A stretch of 63,757 nucleotides of DNA, the filler included, from Choristocarpus tenellus KU-1152 (lineage: Eukaryota > Protista > Phaeophyceae), in assembly GCA_964200185.2 (NCBI GenBank). It is 12 parts of 12 records of this genome, joined end to end, with 100 filler letters (N's around TTAATTAATTAA, not from the genome) between each part and the next. Parts side by side here need not be neighbours in the genome. Positions count along the whole stretch, not along the records: positions 10,127 to 16,289 come from CAXNAD020008790.1; positions 16,390 to 19,579 come from CAXNAD020021661.1; positions 19,680 to 23,978 come from CAXNAD020015230.1; positions 24,079 to 28,731 come from CAXNAD020013619.1; 8 more parts are not named here. One strand, given 5' to 3'. Both the position numbers and the translations under genes were made by a program. Shown piece by piece: positions 13,244 to 25,452 of the stretch (within the stretch, counting starts at the first letter, position 1; every line of letters starts with the position of its first letter). The notes under the pieces were generated by a model. That model was not told where the DNA came from. It did no database searches and was given only the letters and a program-made list of their open reading frames with translations.

Positions 13244-16200
13244 TGCACTGTAGTGCATAGTACAGTATGTGAGTAGTGTTAGCTAGGTAGGACAACAAGC
13301 AGTTTCTGTCAGTTCAGCATGGCAAAAGAGAGCTTCAACACACCCCAGTGTGCTCTATTTTTCCAGCAAATGACCAGCAAAAGGGAAAGACTCCTCAATT
13401 CGCCTCTGGAAGGGTGTCTCACCAATTGGGGGGTTTTGTCACTCTGTGTGAGCCGACTTGACTTGCTGCTGGAGAATCTTATTGAGACCGGCAACTCCCT
13501 GTCTACTCTATGTCTCTGACCTTGACTCTTTGCCGCTATGGTTGATCATAAGGGCATCAAAAGGACAGAAATATTCTCGGCACTTGAGGTCTCTGGGGAT
13601 CTCTGAGGAGTTGATGGCATCAGTGAGAGTGAAACAAAATTGCATAAGGTGGATGCAGTTGCCTTACACTAAAACCTTGTTGTCCCTAAGGAGTTTTTAT
13701 GGAGGGAGCGACAAACTTGTGGGGCTCTTCCAATGTTAATAGACTACCTTCATAGGGCCAGTCTTGAAGTAGTTTCACTTCGTGTATCATCATATCTATC
13801 TTGGTAATTTTCAGACAAAAATGCAATTGTCATTAAATAGGTTCTTAGTATGGACGGAGTTGACTACTTGTATTTCAAATACACTACAACTATGGTTGGT
13901 GCATTGTAGGACCTTCATCGAAAGCAATAGGCTTTGTTGCACTTATCACATTCTGTTGCATATTGCTTCTTGCCCCCCCGCAACGACATCTGCAAAATAT
14001 CTGTGGGCAACATAAAATATTCGAACAAGTCTCAATAATATATAGAAAAAAACTATTTCAATCGTTCTCTTGACCAACTCTATGGGAGTGGGGGATGAAA
14101 AAAAAACTGCGATACTTTATTTCCTACGCAAAAACCAAGCAATTTGATGAGGGTAGTGTTCATCGCACACGCAAACGGATCAGTAGTATTAACTACCTGT
14201 GCCCGTTTCAGACTAGTACTTTCATCTTTTTGAGAATACAAGCTGTGTGGAAGAACATTGGCAAATTTGGCCTGAGCATATGTTCTCGATTGTGTTGAGT
14301 GGTCTATCCGAAGTAATCTAAAATTGCTCGAGATTGATCAGTGATGTAACATAACATAGACAGCTCAAAGTTTTCCGAAGGGTTTTGTAGTCACTACCAG
14401 AAGGCGTGTAGGTCTCGCACATGATACCAGCACCATCTGAGAGACTTTCTTGACGGGCAATTGGTAGCTACTCCAGTATTTTCAGTCGTAGTGGATTGCT
14501 TCTTGACTCCCAAAAAGGAATTAAGCTGTTCCTCCACAATTTCTTGAGGGCACCGAAGTGCAAGGGGACTTTCTGAGTACTTTATCAGAGTGACAATGGA
14601 AGTGAATTCAGGAATGTTACAAGTATGGTCTGATCAATGAGCAGGCATGGGCAGTTGTACACTCTTAGACTCCTTTCCCCACAAGCTGGACATGAATAGC
14701 AAGGATGACTGAGCACACATTGCCTCCTGCGTGACCTCAACACCCTTCTGCCAATGACTATCTAATCCTCTGGAGTCCTTCTAGATGTCTATGTTGTGGT
14801 GTACCGCCAATCTCCATGGCAGCAACCAACCTTTCCTCAATTTGTTGCCATCCCTGGGCAACTAGGCTTCCCTCTGGGCGGCCATTGCCCTCTTGGGCAC
14901 TGCCTCGTCCCTTGTTTGCAGGTTTACGCCTTCCTCATAAGAATCCTTGTTTCCTTTGCCGTGTGAGGTATGGGCTCCCACCCCCTACGAGAAAATCGCT
15001 GCACTTCCACTACGTCCCTCATTGCCATATACACCTTCCTTTGCCAAACCCGTCCCCATGCTTCACACCGGTCAATACCATTTGTGTCCCACCACAGTCA
15101 AGAATGCTTCCTCCACCTCCATGTGACACATACATTTACCTCGAGCGGCACAGAACACCAGGGATCGCAGCCTTGACTACCTCAAACGGTATTGCACTTG
15201 GTGTGCAAGTCAATCATGTACCCTGCATCACATTTGAAGTGTCTCAAGGCACGAAGGGATCAGAACCCCTATGGCAATGATGCCCTCACAAGCTCAAGTG
15301 CCCAGAGTGTAAGTTTGAAAGGCAAGGTCAATGCCACAGATCTTGCATAACATGCTTCATAGAGCAAATTTGGTGATCGATTGAAACGACCCTTCTAATG
15401 CCTGAATGTGCTTGATTACAATGTCGAGGTGTTGCATACTTCAAAGCATATTTTCAGATCATGAACACATTGATATAAAGCCTAGATTGTGGGCTCTCGA
15501 TTCTAATACCTCTTGGGGTGTTGCAAACCATTTTGCAATCATGTTATTTATCGATATAATTTTACTCAGATTTCAAAATTTAGGCAATGAGATCATAAGT
15601 TAAGTCTACGCCGGTGACCTGCGGCACCTGGGGCCATTGAGTCATACGCACCTGACATTCAAGAGTGCACAATTTTTGCCCATGCGATGCCAGTGCTGAA
15701 CAGCAAACGCCAGGCTACCAATTACAAGACCTAGGGAGATGGAAACACAGGACTCCTGTTAGTGAGATGTGTTATAGAACAGTGTTCATTATCTGTCTTA
15801 AGATATTTTATGTAGCGAAGTACGAGGGTGGGGAGGTGGGGAGGACTGGGAATGGCATGATGAGGATTTGGGGGAAAGTGAGGGTAGGGGATGTGGGTTG
15901 GAGATTGCAACTGAGGGGTTGATTGACTGACATGGCCACAACGGTGTGGGGGCTGAGGAATCAAAAATAGTCTTCCAACAACATTCTCCATTGATTGGGG
16001 CACACACTAGGAACAAACCGATCCTTTGGAACACCAGTTGACGAGCGACAAGGGACTCATGCCACCAATCCAATGAGTAGGGCAATGCCACCAATCCTCT
16101 CTGTTCCCGCCAGTCATTGCCTATGCATATGATTCTGTGCTTTCTTGTGGGATAGGGTTGGCAAGAGGACATAGGTCGCAAAGCATAATATCGCTACAAC

Positions 16201-16880
16201 TAGTTTCCTTGCAAGCCCCCCCCCAAATAAGAGGAAGAAAAACTCTTGGAGGGTAGGTAGGTAGGTGGGGGCGAGGGAAAGCAGAACCCNNNNNNNNNNN
16301 NNNNNNNNNNNNNNNNNNNNNNNNNNNNNNNNNTTAATTAATTAANNNNNNNNNNNNNNNNNNNNNNNNNNNNNNNNNNNNNNNNNNNNCCCTCCCCCCC
16401 TGAGCGTTTTCACGCTGCCTCTTGATACTTTGTGTGTATCACGGCTCCAGAATATGGTTTAAAAAAAAAAAAATCTGAATCAAAGTAGATTGTAGATTGA
16501 CATATTCCACTGTTAACATCAATACGATTAACAGTACTAATATGTGAGAAAGAACAAAGTGCCTTCTTTTGTTTTGAAACCCAGCTACTTCATTAGCTGT
16601 AGTGATGACTGTGCCTGAGTCCTCTTCACAATTTGGAATCCCTCCGACACATTTACTTTGCTCCGGCAACGTGGCTAATTTCTTTATTTTCACCAATGGG
16701 TTGAGCCTAAATTATTCCTTGGAGTACGTAAGAGTCAATGACAAAAAAAAGATTATTTGCTGCCTTCCCCTTGCAACATCTCCCCCATTTCAACAGTATT
16801 GTTTGACATCATTCTCGATGGTTCAATAATGATTATAAAGCTCTTGTTTGTCTTTTTTTTATTTCTGTCTATTTGTGCAG

Positions 16881-17270
16881 CAAGAGATGGGCACCAAAAC
16901 GGTCACTACCCCCTCCATCACCGCCACCACCACCACTACCAACACCAACACCACCACCACCACCACCACCACCACCACCAAGGAGTTGCGGAACGGGAAA
17001 GGTGTTGGGGTAGGAAATGAAGAGGAAGGGACAGCCCCCCTGCCACCAGCAATAATGATGAAGATAGAGGAGGAAGATGATGGTGCTGACAAGCCTCCCA
17101 AGAAGCGCCGTCGAGGGAGGCCGAGGAAGTACCCAGTTGGCATGAACCCAAACAAGAAAGGTTCTACTGTTGCCAACAGAGGGGGTCAGGGCGGCAAGAG
17201 GGAGATGGGGGGAAAGAAAAAGAAATGTAGTCAGCATGGGGTGATTGAAGATGTTGGCAAGGATGACAAG
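16881..17270 (+). CDS. Exon of a low-complexity nuclear protein with AT-hook motif
   Basis: Acceptor tttgtgcag|, donor AAG|gtaatt, 130 open codons; poly-Thr tract then KKRRRGRPRKYP (canonical AT-hook core RGRP flanked by basic residues). Confidence 0.75.
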
Positions 17271-17666
17271 GTAATTATATATGATCTCTTCTTTTTTTTT
17301 CTTTTTTTTGGGGGGTGTGGGGGGACAAGGGGGAGGGGTGCTGGTGAATGTCATGTTGGTTGGGTTGGGTGCATTTTATACTATGTTACTAGTAGCGTGA
17401 TGCTTTTTACTTTTTGTGTGGGAGGATGTTTTTGGTGTGTGGTCTTCCACCTTGCACTTTGGTGTTTGTGCCCTCATTTCTTTATGCATGTCTTATTGGT
17501 TTGTAGATTATTGCAAGTACTCTGTACTACGGAGGTACGCAGTATGAATGATTCCAAGATTGGCTATAACAATGCAATGTTTTTGGAATACAAGTTGAGT
17601 GGAATGTTTCTTGTTGATCTAGGTGTTGCTCTTTGCACTAGATTCTGTACTGTACCCCTGAAGTGG

Positions 17667-18003
17667 ACAGGGGAACCCCTCTGTCTTGGAGAAACACCTC
17701 TGTCATACTTTTTTTAACTTCTTCAATCAAAGGCTAGGGTGTTATTTCTCATGCACAGATGAGGGTTTAGGGTTAGGGTTGGTTTTTTGAAAATGTTCGT
17801 GAAAAAGAAAGAAGTGATCCTTGAGAGGTGGTGGTTCCCCAGTGCAGTCAGTCTGTACTGCTGCACCACTTCTTCTAGAATGTTTCCTTGGCTGGTTGGG
17901 GATATTTTAACTCCCAAGGGAAGGTTAGGGTTAGAGGTTTTTTAATTTGTGCAAAAAAGTAAAAAAGTCAGTGGTGGTTCCTGAAGACAAGGGGTTGCCC
18001 TGT
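17667..18003. mobile_element. Putative MITE with ~45-bp imperfect TIRs (ACAGGGxAACCCCT..) and internal TTAGGG repeats
   Basis: acaggggaacccctctgtctt..ctctgtcatactttttt versus aaaaaagtcagtggtggttcctgaagacaaggggttgccctgt; TTAGGG runs near 17764 and 17925. Confidence 0.6.
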
Positions 18004-19226
18004 GAATCGTACCCCATCATTGTTTTGAAGATAAAGGTTATTTTACTTTTCTCATACTTACAAATACAAATTTATTCTTCTTTATCCTTCTCCACCCCCA
18101 CCCCCTTCCCTTTTTCAAAAAGAAAAATATAAATGTACTTTTACTTCCGTCTGTAGTAGAAAACTTACAAATATATGTGTGACATACACATGTACATTCC
18201 AGAGTTTTGGGGGGGCTGTTAGTGTGAGGTTCTGCATATAATAGTTTGTTCTTTGTGAGCCCCCTTACAGGTACCAGAGTACATAGCAGCGAATGCCCCT
18301 TGGGGTGAAGTACTGAAGTGTAACAATGGGCTCTGTGTACCTAATGTTGGTACCACAATGGTACCATGAGATAGTACCATGCTTTCGAGTGAGTCCCAAC
18401 ACAGCTTTGATTTGTTGCCATTGCAATTCACTGCGTAGTTGGCATTATTTGTATGAGATAGTATTGCGCTCACCAGCAGGTTCCAAAACAGGCGGTAGTA
18501 GGTACTGCACTCATGAAATATTTAATTACTGTTAAACTAAATAGAGTATGGTTCAACCTATCAGAACTTCACAGTACTACATGATGTTTCAAGCTTACAG
18601 TACTGGGGAGAAACCCAAATGTCAATGCTTTTTGGCAGTATTTGGGCTTTGCCACACCCACTCAGAAATAATTGCAGTACTATATAGCTGAATTCTAGAC
18701 CAATTCCGCGTGTGTAAGAGAGGGGTACTACTCAGTCCAAGCACCATGTACTGAGTTTGGTGCTCCTTAGAACTAAAAGACAGCAAGGCAAATTTGAGTG
18801 AGATGAGATGGGTTTAACATGTCTTAGTGGAGTATCAGTAGGGTGTCTTTGAGTATAGAGGAGTTGGCCTCTTTTAACTGTTAGCATTCTCTGCTATTAT
18901 GATCACCCCTGATATCTCAAATCATCTTTTTATTTTGGGAAGAGAGAAAGGGTTGAGGGGTTAGTGGAGTTTTTTGGTAAGAATAGCTGACTGTTGGTTC
19001 TTGTTACGTACTATTTTGATGATAGTATACTATTGGTTAAAAAGAAATATATGATTTTTTATTGCTCAGTCGTATGTTCTGCTTCATTTGTTTTCTGTGA
19101 TTATATTGTACTTCACGATTTCTTTTTTGGTAAAAGTAAGATACTGTGTATGGCATTTTCTCTTTTTGTTTTATGCTGTGGAACTGTTACTATACTCCAT
19201 CCCCCTCCCCCTTGCCCATGCCACAG

Positions 19227-19579
19227 GATGAAAATAGTTTGTGCCACCAGATACCACCCCACCCCCCGGCCAGAAACCATGGCAAGGAGAGGCTAGAACA
19301 AAGCATCGTGGGTCAAGGGCAGGAACAGGCCCATGAAGGAGGAACACTACATTGCAAGGTTGATCCCAACAACAGTGTTGGTGAACACGGGACTATCAGT
19401 GGGGTGGGTGAGGAGAGCAAGGAAAGCATTTGTGGAGGTATTCTTAAGGGTGGAGAGTCACCAGGGGCAGCAACTGCTGTGGATGGTGCAGCTTCAGAGG
19501 CTGGGGCTGTAGGGACTGTGTCTGGGGGGGGGGGGGGGGTTGTGGGGGGGGGCGAGAACAGGGGGTCGGGGGGGGCATG
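19227..19579 (+). CDS. Probable downstream exon of the AT-hook protein gene (truncated by contig end)
   Basis: Pyrimidine tract + ccacag| acceptor, phase 0 compatible with the 17270 donor; open to the contig end (DENSLCHQIPPHPP..GGGGG). A possible intermediate exon 18271-18360 (VPEYIAANAPWGEVLKC..) is weaker. Confidence 0.55.
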
Positions 19580-19679
19580 NNNNNNNNNNNNNNNNNNNNN
19601 NNNNNNNNNNNNNNNNNNNNNNNTTAATTAATTAANNNNNNNNNNNNNNNNNNNNNNNNNNNNNNNNNNNNNNNNNNNN

Positions 19680-20261
19680 TACGTAGCGGGGACACTAGAC
19701 GTCTGCATTCACAGTGGTTGGGGGAGTAAAGATATGAAGGGGGGGGGACGGAGAGCTCTTGGTGGGGTATGGGGATTTCGACTGGGGCACCAACTCCCAT
19801 ATCCCATACACACAGGAGCGTCACGTGTTACCTATTATTGTTCAACTGATGGCCGATCTCCTGGCACTCCAAGTTTCAAGTCGCCGTCACCCTCTCCAGC
19901 TCTGAGACAGAATGGACAGCAACGGCGTACGGCATGCGCCACTGCATTTTCCTTCGAGGCCTTCTGAGGAAGATCGGCGTACTAAAGAACCAGAGTCCCT
20001 GGTTCGTTGACAACCGTGGTGTTATTCAGGCAGGCAGCATCACAGGCTTCAACGGAGAACCAAGCACGTGGACATGAAGCTAAAGTGTACTAGAGAATAC
20101 GTGGACCAGGGTCTATTCCACGTAGAATACTTTCCAACATCAAAACAACTGGCTGACATTTTGACAGTCTTTGGGCAAGAGCCTTCTGATTTTGTGCATT
20201 TCGTGCTTTCGCGTCGAGAGTGAGCTTTTGTCAGCAAATTTGCTGCACGCTCATGGGGGAG
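19680..20261 (+). mobile_element. Ty1/Copia LTR retrotransposon 3' end: decayed RNase H domain plus polypurine tract
   Basis: Frameshifted translation gives YVAGTLD, LVGYGDFDWG, RSVTCY, PISWHSKFQVAVTLSSSETEW, FVDNRG, RTKHVDMK..REYV..VEYFPTSKQLADILT; PPT GGGGGAG at 20255-20261 followed by TG. Confidence 0.92.
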
Positions 20262-20632
20262 TGTGTAATATAGGCTGGTAGTTTATAGGTTCTTATGTGT
20301 TTGGTAACTAGTATTATGTAGCACAAATGTTGGCTGAGTGGAGTAAGTGTCAATCACTTGTTTGCGTACGTTAGAGTAACAAGTTGGAGTCTCGATGGGT
20401 TGTTTTTTATATTTCTGCAAAATTTTAGTGGCTGATGCAGGATGAATGACACAGCTAGGACTGACGCAGAACGACTGACATAGTACCAGCGACGCAGAAC
20501 CAGTGGCGTAGTGCGACGGAAACAGACACGTTCTGAAGTGTCTGATGACGTGCGTAATAGATAACGAAGCAGAATATCTCCCACATCGAGGAATGGTACT
20601 CACTCTGCTAATACATTTGTGCAAAAGAAAGC
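20262..20632 (+). repeat. 3' LTR of the + strand Copia element (end interrupted)
   Basis: Starts TGTGTAATA immediately after the PPT; aligns in reverse complement with 20653-20965. Confidence 0.75.
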
Positions 20633-20965
20633 TGTTCGAATAGAGTTTTTTTGCTTTATGTGATACAAATGAATCTATTAGTGGAGTGAGCACCATCCCT
20701 CGAGGAGGGGGGATGCTCTCCTCGTTATCTATTGCGCACGTCAGCAGACACGTCAGCTGACACATCAGAACATGTCTGTGTCAGTCGCACTACGGCACTC
20801 GTTCTGCGTCAGTCGTAGCTGCCTCAGTCGTCCTGCGTAAGCTACTTATATTGAGCAGAAATAAAAAGATCAACCCATCAAGACTCCAACCTGTTACTCT
20901 AACGTATGGAAACAAGTCGTTGGCACTTAGTCCACTCAGTCTAAATTTCTGTTTCATAATACTGG
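20633..20965 (-). repeat. Related LTR in opposite orientation (5'-truncated), ending ..TATTCGAACA on the - strand
   Basis: Reverse complement matches 20308-20632 at roughly 80%; ends in ACA, resembling the inverted LTR start TGT..AATA. Confidence 0.7.
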
Positions 20966-23900
20966 GTAGCCCATCCCGGCCATGACAATGCTTTCCGCCT
21001 ATAACTGTTGGTCCAGGGTGATGCCGTCCGCTCCCACACTTATGCCCACCCCAATCAGCTAGTCCAGCGTGCCTAGGTCCCGCCCCTCGTACTTCTCCAG
21101 CAGCGATGTCCTCATCCTCTGGATCTCCTCCGTGAAGTCCCCAGTGGTGGCAGTGTCGTCCATGTAGGTGGTGAGGATGGCGATGCGTCCGTCTTCACTC
21201 TTCCTAAAGTAGAGGAAATCGTCGTATTGCCTGCTCGTCCACCCTTCTGCTAGAATGGAGCCGCGTAGCTCGTGATACCTTTCCATGCCTGCCTGCTTCA
21301 ACCCATATATTGCCTTCTTGACCTGATAATGCAGCCATCCGGAAGCTCCAACCAGACGTCTTCCAGCAGGTCTCCGTTGAAGTAGGCCTGTGTGAAGTCC
21401 TGGGTGGCGATTCTCTAACCTCTGTACCCTGCGATTGATATGAAAACCTGTAGTGTGTCGTAACCCACCACTTGGCAGAAGTTCTCGAAGAAGTCGACAC
21501 CTGCGTTTTATGTGAAGCCGCGGGCAACAAGTCGCGCCTTGTAGCGTTCCACCGTCCCGCCCGAGGAGCGCTTGATTTTGAAAACGAATCGCATCTTGAT
21601 CGCCCTTCCTCCTTCGGGCAGGGCCTTGTCGCCAAACGTCCCCTTCTGCCATAGCCCTGCCATTTCCTTCTCCATGACCTCCTGCCACTGCTCTGCATCC
21701 GGCCCGGCCCCCTCAAGGCCTCCTTTGTTATAGACAGCTCGGCTCCTCTGCACCTTTTGCCACCTCCTCCATGAGACCCCTAAGGCAGTATATGTCGTTA
21801 TTATTCTCCTGTATGAGGGTTGACACGAAGCGGTTAATGTCCGTTTCCTTACCCCCTTCTAGGTCGTACAGCTGGGATGTGTAGTCCACTTGCGAGGGCT
21901 GCTCCAGCCAGGAAGATGCCTGCCGCCCAAAGTGTGAGGCCAGACGCTTGGCCGCTATCTGCGCTGCCCTATCCATGCACTGACGTTGTCCCATCCTGGG
22001 AGAAATCTCTTGACTTTGATGGGGTGCTGAGCGCTTTGCGTCTTGAGTCCCACGCCCAATGTTTCCACCCGCATTCCCAGCCGTGTATGCCTCGCTCCCT
22101 GTTGTGGAAGCCCCCTCTTTGCCTTCGTTATCCATGTTCATGTCGTCGTCGCGCTCCCACTTCCCAGTATGTCCAGCTCTGACTCCCCCACCAGTTCCAG
22201 CAGTTTAGCTTCAGGTTGGAACTTACCTTGCTGCGGGATCGACACCTGCCAGCATAGTGATGCCCTGTCGTGCCCGACGAGGATGGAACTTGGCGTTGGC
22301 GCAGCGCTGTTACTTGGTCTGATGCACGAAGCACTCCGTCCCAAACACACGGACCACCTTGTAGTTAAATGGCATGCTGGTCAGGCGGCTCGCATGGTGT
22401 CTCGCCGCCCAGGTACTCGTATAGCATGCCTTTGGTCTTGTATGTAGCGTCTGCAACCACAATAAACCAGAACTCCTCCCCAAGTCCAGCCTGGATCAGC
22501 TGGCTGCGCACCGCTTGCATCACCTGTTTGATTGCCCGCTCAGCAATCCCGTTGCTCTGGGGCGTGCATGAGGGGGTCTTGCGTCACTCCATGCTCCGCT
22601 CTGTCAGTATCCGCTGGAACCTTACACTCCTCCCGACTCGCCAGCACCATCCCTGCTGATGCACCTCACCATCACCCCTTCCTGAGCCATCTCGTCGATG
22701 TAGGCGGCAGTGGCCACAGTAGTGGTGTCCTTGGTATGCAGACCCATCGCACGCTTCTCCCGGCTGGCCTCGTCCACAAACACCTGAAAGTACTTCATGC
22801 CCATCACATCCAGGTCGAAGGGTCCATCCAGGTCTGTGTGCGCCATCTCCCCTACCGCTTTGGGGCTGCGGCCGCCGCCCCGCCCCGTGCGTAATTGAGT
22901 GCCTCGGACTTGCACTCCTTGCATACCTGGTAGTGGAACAATGAAGTGACTGTGGCATCTGCGATTTCCAGGAGGCCTCGTTTCTCCAGGTGCTTCATCG
23001 CAAATGGGTTGAGGTGACCTATGATGTTGTGCCAGTCGGAGAGGGAGAGGCGCTGTTGCTTATTGGCGTAGTTAGCATTGACCGTTACTTGGTCCTTCTT
23101 ACCCTTTCTTACGTGAAACTGAGCCCGCAGCATGAGGAAGGCTCCCTTCTCCTCCAAATGGATCTTGGCTGCCTCCTTTTTGGTCTGGATCTAGCTCCTC
23201 CTGATCCCTGAGTCCACGAACTCACCTCCCTTGCTGAGAAGGCTGCATGGCAGACCCGGTACCCAGAGCACATCCTGGAGCACAATCGTGGTCAGTGTGC
23301 CCGTCCCATCAGTTGCCTCCAGGACCATCTTGCCGGTTTCTCGTGCGTTCAGTGTACCTTTGTTTCCAAAGGTGCAGGTGCGGGTGATAACTGTTGCTGC
23401 AGTAAAGTCCTGCAGTCAGGGGGTAAGGTGCAAATTTGCACCCGAGTCTCACAGGAGGCTGATGGTCTTGGACAGATCTTGAGATGAGGATAGGAGCTGC
23501 CTCAACCATCCTGTTGTACATGTCTTCTCCAACAGATACGTTAATGGCCCGGAATGCCCACGATGAGCCCTGTCAATCAGCCTTGCCGCAGCCTCCGCCA
23601 CCGCCGCTCCAGTTCCTGGTTGGTGAAGGTGGAAACTTGCGCGACGCCTCAAACCCATGGGGGCGCTTAGTAGGAGATTTGCCAGCAAAGTACGAGTGGC
23701 ATTCTTTCCACCTGTGGTTAAATTTGAGATAAAAAGCATGTTGGTTCGCACCGAGGCCGCTCCCGCACCCCTGTCTCCCCCTGTAGGTATCCCTGCACCG
23801 GTGTGGAGCGCCATAGCCCCCGAGCTCTTAGTCGTTTCCCCCTTGACCTCGGTGGTCATGTATGAAGAGGAGGAGATGATGGCGTTTTTGAGTTGGTCAT

Positions 23901-23978
23901 CGGTGAGTTCTGGAACTGTGGACAGCTGCGTGAACACCGGTGGCATGCTGTCCCTCATGCCAATGATCAGAGCCCCCC
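20966..23978 (-). mobile_element. Ty1/Copia LTR retrotransposon, decayed gag-pol (Gag, protease, GAG-pre-integrase, integrase, RT; RNase H missing)
   Basis: Motifs in Copia order across stops and frameshifts: degenerate Zn knuckle (NHRWKEC), DSGANLH and VLQDVLWVPGLPCSLLS (protease), WHNIIGHLN..CKECK, HTDLDGP, YFQVFVDEASR, PQSNGIAER (integrase), WQEVMEKEM, KMRFVFKIK..RYKARLVARGF, KKAIYGLKQAG, YMDD (RT). Confidence 0.96.
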
Positions 23979-25305
23979 NNNNNNNNNNNNNNNNNNNNNN
24001 NNNNNNNNNNNNNNNNNNNNNNTTAATTAATTAANNNNNNNNNNNNNNNNNNNNNNNNNNNNNNNNNNNNNNNNNNNNGCCTTGGCCATCACAGCTTTCT
24101 CGTCAGCACTTCACTCATTCTTGCTCACTTTCGGATCTGATGAAGTTGTTGGTGTTAAGAGTGGTTGAACAAGAGAAAGAGAGAAAGAGTGATAGAGTTC
24201 ACACGGCCTATGCCATCAAAACATGTGTATAATGTTCAGTGTTTGAGAGTTCTGGTGTGACTTACTCATCTTTTGGAGTTATTTCTCTTTGTTATCATTC
24301 CCAGTGATTCAATATTTATTGGACTAAGGTCCCAGGAAAATAGAGAGTGTCCTTCCAAACCACTGCTCTTGGTCCAGCTTGATGTCCATGATGGGCAGTT
24401 TACCTGCACATGTGATCAAACTCTGACTGCTAGGGAGGTTTGTTCTTAGAGTGGGAAGGTACTAAAATAGCCATTTTTTTCATTTGAGTAGGGAATTAAC
24501 GGAAAGGACATCAAAGGAATGTCAAATCGCCGACTCACCCAGGTGATTGTACCATCTCTCGCGGCACTGCTTTGCAGATCTTGAGTTTACAGGGAAACAG
24601 TGCTTCAGATGACCCGTTATTACGATCTAGCTAACCACTCCGTGCACATCAACAAGGCCGGTGAGAGCATCGTCCTCGTTTTTGGTCCATGAATGGCGCC
24701 TGCGAGAAGACGAGACAACAGGAGTTGGATAGAAGAGGAAGAACAATCAACTTGGCAAGTTTTGATCGCTTTACACGTCGCAGAGAGTGTGCGCCTTATA
24801 CCAGGGTATCTTCAGGTCCCCTGCCTAAGAGTAAATCAAACCTGGGTTACCTGATAGATATCATATTATAGTTAGGGGCAATATTGCTAGAGAAGGGGGC
24901 AAAGATCATACCCTGTTATCCTTGGGAGGGTTCAAGGCGGCATAGAGCCTGTAGGCCTTGGCCCGAGAGTATTCGATGTAGTGTAAGGTCGAAGCATAGG
25001 AGATGGTGTTGGCATTCGTTTGAGATCAAAAAATAGTCCAAGACCCTCGCATTGCAAAAGATCTAAGAAGAGCTAGGATCAAGAGTCTTTTCGCTGATAT
25101 CTTCGAACACACCTCGCAGCACCTGCACGGTGGGCATAACTGTGGACGGGGGTGCTTCCATTTGCGTAAAGGATGTGTAAGCTAACTGAAACCTTGACCG
25201 AAAGGATCGAGGTGGTGCGTGTAGTCCGAATGAAGTGGGTGCTCGACGTTGTGAGGGGGATATGTATGATTCTCTCGTGTCGGACCGACCCTTTCAGGTT
25301 GAAGA

Positions 25306-25452
25306 GGGTCAAAGTATCTGAGACGGGAGATGTCGGGCGTCTTTCTTGCACCTCTTTTTCGATATGGCGATTTTTGGGTGATGTGCTTCCATGTGTCGGA
25401 TTTTGAGGGTCAAAGTATCTGGGAGGGGGGGTGCCGGGGTCCGTTTTTGACC
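25306..25452 (+). mobile_element. Two nested family 2 left ends (25306 and 25407); lone ends also at 4028-4057, 28832-28863, 60221-60253
   Basis: gggtcaaagtatctg twice, 101 bp apart; 25306-25406 resembles the first 100 bp of 29078-29255. Confidence 0.7.

Noticed and set aside
16757-17354. Poly-His, poly-Val, poly-Gly and poly-Trp ORFs
   Set aside because: Alternative frames of the (ACC)n tract in the AT-hook exon.
20541-20575. CTGATGA as a hammerhead ribozyme core in the LTR
   Set aside because: No correctly placed GAAA or stems, and the motif is not kept in the sister LTR.
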